Assembly (NCBI GenBank): GCA_963666055.2
Contig: CAXWPH010000015.1
Span: forward strand, 2,144,001-2,208,000
From: Acidobacteriota bacterium
GTDB taxonomy: Bacteria; Acidobacteriota; UBA890; WLXD01
Direction: 5' to 3'
DNA: 64,000 bases
The notes beneath the pieces are model-generated. The model saw only the letters and a program-made list of their open reading frames with translations. It was not told the origin of the DNA and did no database searches. Below, in pieces: positions 11,776 to 20,778 of the stretch. Each line of letters begins with the position of its first letter. Position 1 is the first letter of the stretch. Position numbers and translations under genes: made by a program.

Positions 11776-13110
11776 ATGCCAAGCTCCTGCCGACCGACCG
11801 TGGCGGAGATCGATCTCGGCGCCTGTGTGCACAACCTGCGGCGCCTACGTGACAAGGTGGGCGCCATCGATGTCTGGCCTGTGGTCAAGGCCGACGCGTA
11901 CGGACATGGAGCCGTGGCTGTAGCCAAGGCTCTCTGCGCCGAACGCGTAACCGGGTTGTGCGTGGCGACCGCGAGCGAAGGTCGTCAGCTGCGGCAAGCG
12001 GGCATCGAAGTGCCTGTTCTGGTGATGGCCGGGCTCGCCCTTTCAGCAACGGAAGACGCCTTTCGATTGGTCGTGGAGTATGGCCTCGCGGCCGGTATCC
12101 AGGCCGCTACCGTCGGCGCTCGACTGTCGGATACGGCTCGAGAGCTCGGCATCGGGCCGGCCTCGGTCCATCTCAAGGTCGACACCGGTATGGGGCGGCT
12201 CGGCATCGTGCCGGATCAGGTCACCCACCTGGCGCGGGCGCTGGCCGACGAGCCGACGTTGTCGTTCGATGGGCTTTTTTCGAACCTTGCGAGCAGCGAC
12301 AGCTTCGCCGACGATGATCCAGGAACGGACTTCGTGCGTCAGCAGATCGACATCTTCGATCAGGTTTGCGCCGTGCTCGAACAGGACGACATACTGCCGG
12401 TGCATCGCACCCTGGCGAATAGCGCTGGCCTGATGCACCACGCGGAGTCATGGCGTGGTCCGACGTTTACCGGAGTACGACCGGGCCTGGCAATTTACGG
12501 AGCCTCCCTCAACCCGGGAAAGGGCATTGGCGGCCTACGCCCGGCGATGCGGCTGGTAACCGGCATCATGGCGATCCGCGACCTTCCGAAGGGGGTCACG
12601 GTGGGATACGGGATGACCGCGACCACCTATAAAGCCACTCGGGTGGCAGCGTTGCCCCTCGGGTACCATGACGGCCTTCCGCGCGCCCTGGGCAACCGTG
12701 GCTGGGTTTCGATAGGCGGCCGTCGGGCTCCGATCATCGGCAGAGTCAGCATGGACCTCACCCTCGTCGATGTCACCGATGTGCCGGCGGCGCGGGTCGG
12801 CGACGAAGTCGTCGTGTTCGGCAACACCGAGCCCTTGGCGGGCTCCCCCAGCGAGGCCGAGGCCGAATCGACGGGCTATTCCGACACCCTGTCGATCGCA
12901 GTCGCGGCTGCCGATGGGGACGCCGACGAGGGCCCCGTCGAGGCGCAGACTGCCGCCACGGAAACTGCCAGGCAGGCGTGCATCAGCGTCGAGGAAGTTT
13001 CGGAATGGGCGGAGACCATCCCGCACGAGATTCTCAGCCGTATCGGCTCTAGAGTGCCGCGACGCTACTCGACATCTGCCGGCAACGATGCCGCCGAGGT
13101 GCTGCGATGA
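11776..13110 (+). CDS. alr: Alanine racemase (with acidic insertion near the C-terminus)
   Basis: VVKADAYGHG, HLKVDTGMGRLG, ANSAG, VRPG, GYHDG, GRVSMD; start could be 11755. Confidence 0.95.
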   Translation: MPSSCRPTVAEIDLGACVHNLRRLRDKVGAIDVWPVVKADAYGHGAVAVAKALCAERVTGLCVATASEGRQLRQAGIEVPVLVMAGLALSATEDAFRLVVEYGLAAGIQAATVGARLSDTARELGIGPASVHLKVDTGMGRLGIVPDQVTHLARALADEPTLSFDGLFSNLASSDSFADDDPGTDFVRQQIDIFDQVCAVLEQDDILPVHRTLANSAGLMHHAESWRGPTFTGVRPGLAIYGASLNPGKGIGGLRPAMRLVTGIMAIRDLPKGVTVGYGMTATTYKATRVAALPLGYHDGLPRALGNRGWVSIGGRRAPIIGRVSMDLTLVDVTDVPAARVGDEVVVFGNTEPLAGSPSEAEAESTGYSDTLSIAVAAADGDADEGPVEAQTAATETARQACISVEEVSEWAETIPHEILSRIGSRVPRRYSTSAGNDAAEVLR

Positions 13111-13892
13111 GCCGATTGGTGGCCGGCATCGGCCGGTTCGCAATCGGATCCCTCGAATCGGCGGGGGAGGCGTCGCTGCTGCTATGGCGTTCGCTCGCTA
13201 GCCTGACTCGTCGACCGTGGTACCTGCGCAATTGGTTCGAGCAGATGGTCGAGCTCGGCAATCGCTCCTTGCCGGTCATCGTCGTCACTGCGGTGTTCTC
13301 GGGTGCGGTGTTCGCCCTGCAGATCTGGGAAGGCTTCGAGCAGTTCGGTGCTACGACGCTGGTTGCTTTCTCGGTTGCCTTGGCGATGACGCGCGAGCTC
13401 ATCCCGGTGCTGGGCTCATTGATGGTCGCCGGCCGTGCCGGTGCCGCGATGGCGGCGGAGATTGGCACGATGCGCGTCACGGAGCAGATCGACGCGATGG
13501 AAGCTATGGCGACCGACCCGGTGAAGTACCTCGTCGTGCCGCGCGTTGTCGCGGGGGCGGTGATGTTGCCGGTGGTCGTGGTGATCGGCGACCTGTTGGG
13601 CATCTTGGGTGGCTACGTGGTCTCCGTGTATATGAACGACGCGCGGCCGGTCGCCTACTGGGATGCCAGCTTCGCCTTCATGACCGTCGACGATGTCGTC
13701 TCTGGGCTGATCAAAGCGTCGATCTTCGGCGTCATGATCGCCATTTTTTCCTGCATGCGCGGCTTCGGCGCCAGCGGCGGAGCCAAGGGTGTCGGCAAGG
13801 CTACCACCAGCGCCGTCGTGACCAGCAGTATGGCGATCTTGATCTCCGACTTCTTTCTCACCAAAGCGCTGCTCGTTCTGTGGGACATGTGA
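13107..13892 (+). CDS. mlaE: MlaE-family lipid ABC transporter permease
   Basis: RELIPVL..LMVAGRAGAAMAAEIGTMRVTEQIDAME, GAKGVGKATTSAVV. Confidence 0.93.
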   Translation: MSRLVAGIGRFAIGSLESAGEASLLLWRSLASLTRRPWYLRNWFEQMVELGNRSLPVIVVTAVFSGAVFALQIWEGFEQFGATTLVAFSVALAMTRELIPVLGSLMVAGRAGAAMAAEIGTMRVTEQIDAMEAMATDPVKYLVVPRVVAGAVMLPVVVVIGDLLGILGGYVVSVYMNDARPVAYWDASFAFMTVDDVVSGLIKASIFGVMIAIFSCMRGFGASGGAKGVGKATTSAVVTSSMAILISDFFLTKALLVLWDM

Positions 13893-14650
13893 CCGAACAG
13901 TCATTCATCCGTATCAGCGATCTGCATAAGAGCTTCGGCGACCTGCACGTATTGCGCGGTGTCGATCTCGACGTTGCCCGCGGCGAATCGCTGGTGATTA
14001 TCGGCAGCTCGGGTACGGGCAAGAGCGTGCTGATCAAGCACGTGATCGGTTTGCTGACACCCGATCAGGGCGACTTGGTGGTCGATGGGTCGTCGGTTCC
14101 CGGGCTCGGGCGTGATGCTCTCTCCAGGCTCCGCCGACGCATGGGCATGCTCTTTCAGTACGCCGCACTGTTTGACTCCATGAACGTCGGCGACAACGTT
14201 GCCTTCGCGCTACGTCAACAACGCGACTGGCCCGAAGCGCGCGTCCAGGAGCGGGTGCGCGAGGTGCTCCGCTGGGTGGGCCTAAGGGGCATCGAGGACA
14301 AGGTGCCCGCCGAGCTTTCCGGCGGCATGAAGAAGCGCGTCGGGCTGGCTCGGGCCATCGCGCTCGAGCCGGAGATCATTCTCTACGATGAGCCCACGAG
14401 CGGGCTCGACCCGATTCTTGCCGACCAGATCAACGATCTGATTCTCGATCTCAACACGCGTCTCAACGCGACTTCGCTGACCATCACGCACGACATGGTG
14501 TCGGCATACAAGATCGCCGATCGAATCGCGATGCTTTATGAGGGCAAGATCGAGGAAGCCGGCACTCCGCAGCAGATCCAGGCCAGCGACAACCCGGTCA
14601 TCCAACAGTTCATCAACGGGCGCGCCGACGGGCCCATCAAGATGATGTAG
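13889..14650 (+). CDS. mlaF: MlaF-family ABC ATPase
   Basis: GSSGTGKS, FQYAALFDSM, LSGGMKKRVGLARA, YDEPTSGLDP; GTG overlaps the mlaE stop. Confidence 0.93.
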   Translation: MTEQSFIRISDLHKSFGDLHVLRGVDLDVARGESLVIIGSSGTGKSVLIKHVIGLLTPDQGDLVVDGSSVPGLGRDALSRLRRRMGMLFQYAALFDSMNVGDNVAFALRQQRDWPEARVQERVREVLRWVGLRGIEDKVPAELSGGMKKRVGLARAIALEPEIILYDEPTSGLDPILADQINDLILDLNTRLNATSLTITHDMVSAYKIADRIAMLYEGKIEEAGTPQQIQASDNPVIQQFINGRADGPIKMM

Positions 14651-14680
14651 ACGTTGGGAAGCTGCCTACCCTCCGCGCGA

Positions 14681-15253
14681 TCACAGCTTTCCGCGATAGT
14701 CGAAGTTCAGGCGGGCGGACGACAGTGGTGGCAGCTCCAGATCCTTGTCCGACAGGATCACGTCGTCGCGTGGGAACGGCCACTGAAGTCCCAGCGCCGG
14801 ATCGAAGGCGTTCACTCCGGCTTCCGATTCGGGGGCATACTCGGCTGTCTGCACGTAGAGGAAGTGGGTGTCGTCCTCGAGCGCGCAGAATCCGTGTGCG
14901 AACCCCGGCGGGATCCATAGCAGGCTTCGGTTTTCGGCGCTGAGCTCGATCGCGACGTGCTGGCCAAACCAGGGCGAACCGCGACGCACATCGAGGGCAA
15001 CGTCGAACACGGCGCCGCGCAACACTCGCACCAGTTTCCCCTGCCCTTTCGGCTCTAGCTGATAGTGCAGCCCGCGCAGCACCTTGGCCTCCGAGATGGA
15101 CTCGTTCACCTGTGCGACGCGAACGTCGGCTCCCCGCGCGGCAAGCGCGGAGTGCCTGAAAGTCTCCAGGAAGCCACCACGGTCATCGCGTAGCAGCTCC
15201 GACCGGATCAAGAGCACATCGGGAATGTCGGTCGCGGCGATTTCTAGGGGCAT
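14681..15253 (-). CDS. rfbC: dTDP-4-dehydrorhamnose 3,5-epimerase
   Basis: DDRGGFLETF, VLRGLHYQ, QGKLVRV..GAVFDVALDVRRGSPWFG, IPPGFAHGF, LSDKD. Confidence 0.95.
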   Translation of the reverse strand: MPLEIAATDIPDVLLIRSELLRDDRGGFLETFRHSALAARGADVRVAQVNESISEAKVLRGLHYQLEPKGQGKLVRVLRGAVFDVALDVRRGSPWFGQHVAIELSAENRSLLWIPPGFAHGFCALEDDTHFLYVQTAEYAPESEAGVNAFDPALGLQWPFPRDDVILSDKDLELPPLSSARLNFDYRGKL

Positions 15254-15433
15254 GAAACTCGCTGCTCCGGGATGGTCACGCGGTGAACTGGTATCGACCG
15301 TGAACCTGGGAGCTGCGCAATCTAACATGGTGCAAAGGCGGGGAAACGCGCAACGCTACCGGGCAGCCGCTATTCTTAGTCTTGCAAGCTCGCTTGAAGA
15401 ACGGACACCCGGCGACCTTGCGGAGGCAAGCGC

Positions 15434-16900
15434 ATGCGTACGGAAATCAAGGTCGGCTCGTTGGTTCTGGTGGCGATCGTCGTGCTGGCGTATTTCGTCA
15501 TCAAGGTCGAGGACATCGGTAGCTTCCGGAGCGCGGACAGCTATGTGATCAATGTCCGATTCGAGAATGCTGCCGGCCTTGGCGTAGACGACCCCGCTAT
15601 GCTTGCGGGGGTACGTGTCGGCAGGGTGTCGGCGGTGCGGCTGAACATGCGCGAGGGCGTTGCGGAGGTCGAGCTTCAACTATTGCGCTCCGTGGAGGTG
15701 CACGATGACGCGGTCGCGATCGTCGGATCCACCGGGATGCTCGGAGACCGTATGCTCGATCTGCGGCCGGGCTCACCCGAGCGTCCGCTCGTGCCGGAAG
15801 GAGGATGGATCCGCGGCGGGGATCCAGTTTCGGTCGACCAGCTGGTCGGTGTCATGTCGAGCATCGGGCGCAACCTCGAACTAACGACACGCACCTTGTC
15901 GTCGGTGCTCGGCACGGCAGAGGGTGAAGCGTCGCTACGTGAGATTCTCATCAGTGTTCAGAGTGTCACGGGACGCTTCGATGAGATCTTGTCGGCGAAT
16001 CGCGCCACCATCGACTCCGGCTTTGGCAACATGGACGCGGCGTTCGGCAACATCAACGAGCTGTCGGCAACCCTCAAGGACAGCCTGCCCCAGTTGGTCG
16101 ACGAGATGCGCAGCCTGTCGGCCAACGTGTCCGAAGTCATGGGGCGCAGCGGCGACGGACTCGGCAGCGCCGGCGCCAACCTACGCGAAGTCACCGAGCG
16201 ACTGAAACGCTCCGCGGCCGATCTGGAGGAGATCCTCGCCAAGGCGAACCGCGGCGAAGGGACGGTAGGAAGATTGGTCAACGAGTCGGACACCGTAGAT
16301 CGACTCAACCGGGCTCTCGACTCGGTCGATGACAGCCTGGCCGCCGCCGACACGTTCTTTCGTCGCGTTGGCGAGGCACAGTTCAGCTTCGAGTGGCGCT
16401 CGGAGTTCTATCAGCGCCTCGAGTCCAGCAAGAACTACTTCGGGATTCGCATGGAGCTCGGCGATCAGCGATCGGGCCGCGGGTTCGAGTTTCATCTCGT
16501 CGACGACAACATCGGGGGCATCACCGAGACCAATATCACGACGCAGACATTCGACCCATTCAACGGTGACCTGCTCACTACGACGCTCGAGCGCAAGCTT
16601 GTCCGCAGCGAAGGGTTTCGGATCAGCGCCGTGATGACGCAACGCTTCGGTCGGGTACAGGTGCGCGGCGGCATTCTCGAGTCGCAGGCGGGGTTCGGGA
16701 TCGACTACTTCGCGGTGGAGGATCGGTTGCGGTTCATCGGCGAGGTTTGGGATCTTGGCCGCGACCCCGATCCGCACGTCAAGCTGCGGTTTCAGTGGAA
16801 CCTGGGCGGCCGCTTCTTCTTGACCGGCGGATGGGACGACGCGCTGCGCTCGGGGCTGCGTAGCTACTATCTCGGAGGTGGATATAGCTTCACTCGATAG
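15434..16900 (+). CDS. mlaD: Elongated MlaD/MCE protein (TM - MCE - helical stalk - beta-rich C-terminus)
   Basis: EIKVG TM anchor, FENAAGL...AGVRVGRV...GMLGDR MCE domain, GEGTVGRLVN, beta-strand-like tail ending YYLGGGYSFTR. Confidence 0.85.
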   Translation: MRTEIKVGSLVLVAIVVLAYFVIKVEDIGSFRSADSYVINVRFENAAGLGVDDPAMLAGVRVGRVSAVRLNMREGVAEVELQLLRSVEVHDDAVAIVGSTGMLGDRMLDLRPGSPERPLVPEGGWIRGGDPVSVDQLVGVMSSIGRNLELTTRTLSSVLGTAEGEASLREILISVQSVTGRFDEILSANRATIDSGFGNMDAAFGNINELSATLKDSLPQLVDEMRSLSANVSEVMGRSGDGLGSAGANLREVTERLKRSAADLEEILAKANRGEGTVGRLVNESDTVDRLNRALDSVDDSLAAADTFFRRVGEAQFSFEWRSEFYQRLESSKNYFGIRMELGDQRSGRGFEFHLVDDNIGGITETNITTQTFDPFNGDLLTTTLERKLVRSEGFRISAVMTQRFGRVQVRGGILESQAGFGIDYFAVEDRLRFIGEVWDLGRDPDPHVKLRFQWNLGGRFFLTGGWDDALRSGLRSYYLGGGYSFTR

Positions 16901-17783
16901 GGTCCTCGTCTTCGGCGGCTACGGCCAGGTAGGGGAGGCGCTTGCCGCCACCGCTGAGGTCGCCGGGCGTGATCCGGCGCGTATCGTGCAGCTCGGTCGT
17001 GGCGATGCCGATATCACCGACCAGACACGCGTCGAGGAGCTGCTTCAGGAGCATCGCGCCGGCACCGCCATTAACTGCGCTGTTTTCCACCCCGTCGACC
17101 TGTGTGAGACCGAGCCTAGGCAGGCCTTCCGCGTGAATGCGGTGGCGGCCGGCACGCTGGCTCGCGCCTGCAAGCGAGCGGCGACGCGACTGGTTCACCT
17201 GTCGACCGACTACGTGTTCGGTGGCCCGCGTCGCGTGCCGTTCCGCGAGACCGACCTGCCGGCGCCTCAGAATGTCTATGCAGCCTCCAAGCTGGCCGGC
17301 GAGCACCTCGTGCTGGCGGCTTCGGAGATACACACCGTGGTGCGTACCTCGGCGGTATACGGGAGAGCTCGCTCGGGACACGGTGCCCCGCCGTTCATCG
17401 AGCGTATGCTCGAGCGCGCCCGGCAGGGAACAGAGACGCGAGTAGTGAACGATCAGGTCGTCAGTCCCACGTACGCGCTCGACCTGGCGTCGGCCATCTG
17501 GGGGCTGCTGGACTGCGGCGCTTGCGGTCTGTTCCACGTTGCCAACAAGGGAGAAGCCACCTGGTTCGAGATCGCAGAGATTGCTTTCGAGGCGGTCGGC
17601 GCGCGGCGCCGGCTGGGGCCGACGACAGCCGCCGAGTTTGGTGCGCCCGCCAAACGCTCCGACTACACCGCTCTGGATAACGCCGCGCTGCGCCACCTGG
17701 GGTTGCCGGATCTGCCGCACTGGCGGGATGCGATGCGGCGGTATTTCGCCGCCAATCACCCGGGCCTGAAGTCGTCCCGCTGA
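16878..17783 (+). CDS. rfbD: dTDP-4-dehydrorhamnose reductase
   Basis: GGYGQVG, VDLCE, HLSTDYVF, YAASKLAGE, VNDQVVSPT. Confidence 0.92.
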   Translation: MDIASLDRVLVFGGYGQVGEALAATAEVAGRDPARIVQLGRGDADITDQTRVEELLQEHRAGTAINCAVFHPVDLCETEPRQAFRVNAVAAGTLARACKRAATRLVHLSTDYVFGGPRRVPFRETDLPAPQNVYAASKLAGEHLVLAASEIHTVVRTSAVYGRARSGHGAPPFIERMLERARQGTETRVVNDQVVSPTYALDLASAIWGLLDCGACGLFHVANKGEATWFEIAEIAFEAVGARRRLGPTTAAEFGAPAKRSDYTALDNAALRHLGLPDLPHWRDAMRRYFAANHPGLKSSR

Positions 17784-17900
17784 GCGCCGACCACCGAAGC
17801 GTTCCTGCCCACGGCGACAACTCCTTGTTTCCCAGTGTCTTACACGCCGGGCCGCCCAGTGTCTCGCTCCATGTCTATTAATCTTAGTACTAATAGTAAT

Positions 17901-17934
17901 AAAACTTGACTGTAATACAATCAGGTTTTATGAT
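17901..17934 (+). promoter_or_regulatory. Sigma70 promoter of hsp20 overlapped by a HAIR-like (HspR) inverted repeat
   Basis: TTGACT(17906)-17 nt-TATGAT(17929); AAAACTTGACT-N7-AATCAGGTTTT resembles CTTGAGT-N7-ACTCAAG. Confidence 0.7.
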
Positions 17935-18066
17935 ACCGACAGCTGGGAACGAACGACGGGGACCGCTCAACAGGTTCGAGGTCCCCGTCGGCGTGACTCA
18001 GCTCCGGTGAATTGCTCGCCGGTGGCTCTTGCCAATCAGCTTTCAACTCCTGAAGGAGGACTACAA

Positions 18067-18516
18067 ATGCTGGTCCGTCGCACCAACACATTCCCCCACC
18101 TAACACTGCTGCAGCGCCGCTTCGGCACCATGACCGCCGGCAACTGGGGTGGCCTCTTCGAGAGCCCCGCACCCGCCGCTACGGGAAGGTGGGCGCCGGC
18201 CATGGACGTCATCGAGCAGGAGGACCAGATCCTGCTGCGTGCTGAGCTCCCCGGTCTTACCGAGGAGGACGTCGAGATCACCTTGGAGGACAACAAGCTC
18301 ACCCTCAAGGGTGAGAAGACGTTCCAGCACGACGCCTCAGATGGCCACTACCGCCGCATCGAGAGCGGCTACGGGAGCTTCCGACGCGTCTTCACCCTGC
18401 CAACCGCGGTAGATCAGGAGCACATCGACGCGCAGTTTCGCAACGGTGTGTTGGTGATCAGCCTGCCAAAGGCCGAGCAGGCCAAGCCGAAGAAGATCGA
18501 GGTGACCGTCAACTAG
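18067..18516 (+). CDS. Hsp20/alpha-crystallin small heat-shock protein
   Basis: WAPAMDVIE..AELPG..LTLKGEK..YRRIESGYGSFRRVFTLP..A.FRNGVL.ISLPK; SD GAAGGAGG. Confidence 0.95.
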   Translation: MLVRRTNTFPHLTLLQRRFGTMTAGNWGGLFESPAPAATGRWAPAMDVIEQEDQILLRAELPGLTEEDVEITLEDNKLTLKGEKTFQHDASDGHYRRIESGYGSFRRVFTLPTAVDQEHIDAQFRNGVLVISLPKAEQAKPKKIEVTVN

Positions 18517-18545
18517 CTGTCACCGGCGGATGCATCGGTTCCGCG

Positions 18546-18580
18546 GCCCGGGAGCGCACGCGCTCCCGGGCTTTTCCTTT
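18546..18580 (+). terminator. Intrinsic terminator after hsp20
   Basis: GCCCGGGAGCG/CGCTCCCGGGC stem followed by TTTTCCTTT. Confidence 0.85.
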
Positions 18581-18671
18581 GCCTTACGGGCCGCTAGCCT
18601 AAACTCGTCTCCACAGTGCTCTTCCTGGTCGAACCGAGCGCCGGCCCGAAGTCTCCCAACGAGCGTTGTCC

Positions 18672-19748
18672 GTGAACAAGCGGTATCTGCAGCTGGCGGC
18701 CGGAATTGCGGTGAGCGCGTTGTTCTTGTGGGTGGTCACCCGTGACGTCTTGATGGCGGAGGTATGGCAGGCCATGCGCAGCGCGAAACCCGGGTGGTTG
18801 GTGCTGGTTGCCGGCGTCTCGGTGTTGTCGGTCTACGCTCGGGCTCAACGCTGGAAGATGCTGTTCGCGCATCTGCGGCCGGTGGCGACACGAACGCTGT
18901 TCGCCTCGCAGGCGCTAGGGTATGCCGCCAACGCCGTGTTGCCGCTGCGCGCCGGCGAGGCCGTCAAGGCATACTCGATCGCGCGCAAAGAGAAGCTGCC
19001 GCTCTCGACTGCGTTCGCCACCGTTGTGTTGGAGCGCGTGTTCGACTTGGTGACCGTCGGCGCGTTGCTGGCTATCGCCATCATATTGGTGCCGATCCCG
19101 GAAAGCGCCGGCCCGCAGGTGACCGGTGCGGTGCGGTTGCTCGGCGCGGTTGCCGGCCTGGTGACGGCGCTGATCCTGGCTCTGATCCTGTTTCAGGACG
19201 TGTCACTTCGGTGGCTCGACCGGTTCATCGACCGGTTCCCGAAAAGGATCGGCGCGCCCGTTGGTGCGACTGTCCACTCCTTTGTCGATGGCCTGCATGC
19301 ATTGACGGACTTGCGCCAACTGCTGACGCTGCTGTTGACCAGCGCCTATGTCTGGGCGACGCTCGCCGCGCCGTTCGCGCTCGTGGCGGTGGCGATGGGC
19401 ATGGACGTTGGCTATGACGTTCCCGTCCTCAGGCTTGCCATCGTCGCCACGGCGTTGGTCGCTGTGTTTGTCATGATCCCGGCGGCGCCCGGCTTCGTCG
19501 GCACCTTTCAGGCCGGCTGCATCGTTGCACTGAGCATCTTCGGGGTGCCCAAGAGCGAGGCGTTAGGCTACGCGCTCCTGGTTCACGCGCTGACGCTCGT
19601 TCCGCCGACGTTGCTCGGATTCGGGTTTCTTGCCGCCGAGGGCGTACGGCTGCGCGACGTGACATCTGCGCCGGCGCATGCAACGTCTGCGGGTTCGCCG
19701 TCTGCGGACACCGTGGAGGAGGGCCCCGAGCCGCCCGACGTGATATAG
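18672..19748 (+). CDS. Lysylphosphatidylglycerol synthase TM-domain (UPF0104, flippase-like) membrane protein
   Basis: RAQRW, GYAANAVLPLRAGE..KAY, ATVVLERVFD, PAAPGFVGTF motifs; multi-TM. Confidence 0.85.
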   Translation: MNKRYLQLAAGIAVSALFLWVVTRDVLMAEVWQAMRSAKPGWLVLVAGVSVLSVYARAQRWKMLFAHLRPVATRTLFASQALGYAANAVLPLRAGEAVKAYSIARKEKLPLSTAFATVVLERVFDLVTVGALLAIAIILVPIPESAGPQVTGAVRLLGAVAGLVTALILALILFQDVSLRWLDRFIDRFPKRIGAPVGATVHSFVDGLHALTDLRQLLTLLLTSAYVWATLAAPFALVAVAMGMDVGYDVPVLRLAIVATALVAVFVMIPAAPGFVGTFQAGCIVALSIFGVPKSEALGYALLVHALTLVPPTLLGFGFLAAEGVRLRDVTSAPAHATSAGSPSADTVEEGPEPPDVI

Positions 19749-19783
19749 AACTCGGGGGCAAAGGCTCTTTTGGGGGAGAGCCG

Positions 19784-20500
19784 ATGAAGAAAATTATCGT
19801 CACCGGGGGGTCCTCCGGCATCGGGCTGGCAATTGTGCGTCGCCTGGTGGCTGAGGGTCATGCTGTGGATGTCATCGGCCGGCGCGAGCCGGCAGTGTGG
19901 GCTGAAGGCTCGAGCGAGCTCGCCGCCAAGGTCGGCTATCACCAGGCTGACATCCAGGATCTCGACGCTGCGGCTCGCCTGCTCGAGTCGATCGTCGCCG
20001 ACCGCGCCGGCCTCGACGTGCTGATCAACAACGCCGGGGTGATGCATTTTCAGAATGCTCATGACGCTGATGCCGCGACGATCGGTAAGCAACTGCAAAC
20101 CAATCTGGCGGCGCCCGTTCGCCTCAGCGCCGCGGCTTTGAAGGTCATGAAGGCGCGCCAGACCGCGGGACTGATCGTCAACATTGCCTCGGTCGCCGGC
20201 ATCAAGGCATCGCCGAAGCTATCGGTGTACGCGGCGTCCAAGGCCGGCTTGATCCACTACACACGGAGCATCGCCGCCGAATATGCGGCGGCGGGGATTC
20301 GGGCTGTTGCGGTGGCGCCCGGCGCAGTGAAGACCAATCTCACCAGTCGAGCCATGTTCGCGATGATCGAAAAGGCCGTACCGCTCGGGAAACTACAAGA
20401 CGTCGAGGAAGTGGCCAGCCTGGTGAGCTGGTTGGTCTCAGACGACGCCGTCGGTGTCACTGGAACCGTGTTTTCTGTTGATGGCGGCATGGCCCTCTGA
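19784..20500 (+). CDS. Short-chain dehydrogenase/reductase (FabG-like)
   Basis: TGGSSGIG, NNAG, YAASK, VTG...VDGG. Confidence 0.92.
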   Translation: MKKIIVTGGSSGIGLAIVRRLVAEGHAVDVIGRREPAVWAEGSSELAAKVGYHQADIQDLDAAARLLESIVADRAGLDVLINNAGVMHFQNAHDADAATIGKQLQTNLAAPVRLSAAALKVMKARQTAGLIVNIASVAGIKASPKLSVYAASKAGLIHYTRSIAAEYAAAGIRAVAVAPGAVKTNLTSRAMFAMIEKAVPLGKLQDVEEVASLVSWLVSDDAVGVTGTVFSVDGGMAL

Positions 20501-20778
20501 TGTCGGGATCGCCTGCCGACTCACCACCTGTGGAAGACAGCATGGCCCTGGTTGATCAACTGGCAGCGGTATTCGAGGAGACTTTCGGTCACGATCCCGC
20601 CCGCTTCCAGCCGGATACCATCCCCGACGACGTCAGGAAATGGGATTCAATCGGACACATGAATCTGGTGGCAGCGATGGAAGATGCCTTCGGGGTCGAG
20701 TTCGAGGTCGACGAGATCATGGAGATGGTCGACGTTCGGAAGATCCTCGAGATCTTGGCGAACAAGGGAATCGGGTGA
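20500..20778 (+). CDS. Acyl carrier protein
   Basis: Small acidic protein with WDSIGHMNLV (phosphopantetheine Ser) and E..FGVEF; start may be the internal ATG at 20542. Confidence 0.9.
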   Translation: MSGSPADSPPVEDSMALVDQLAAVFEETFGHDPARFQPDTIPDDVRKWDSIGHMNLVAAMEDAFGVEFEVDEIMEMVDVRKILEILANKGIG

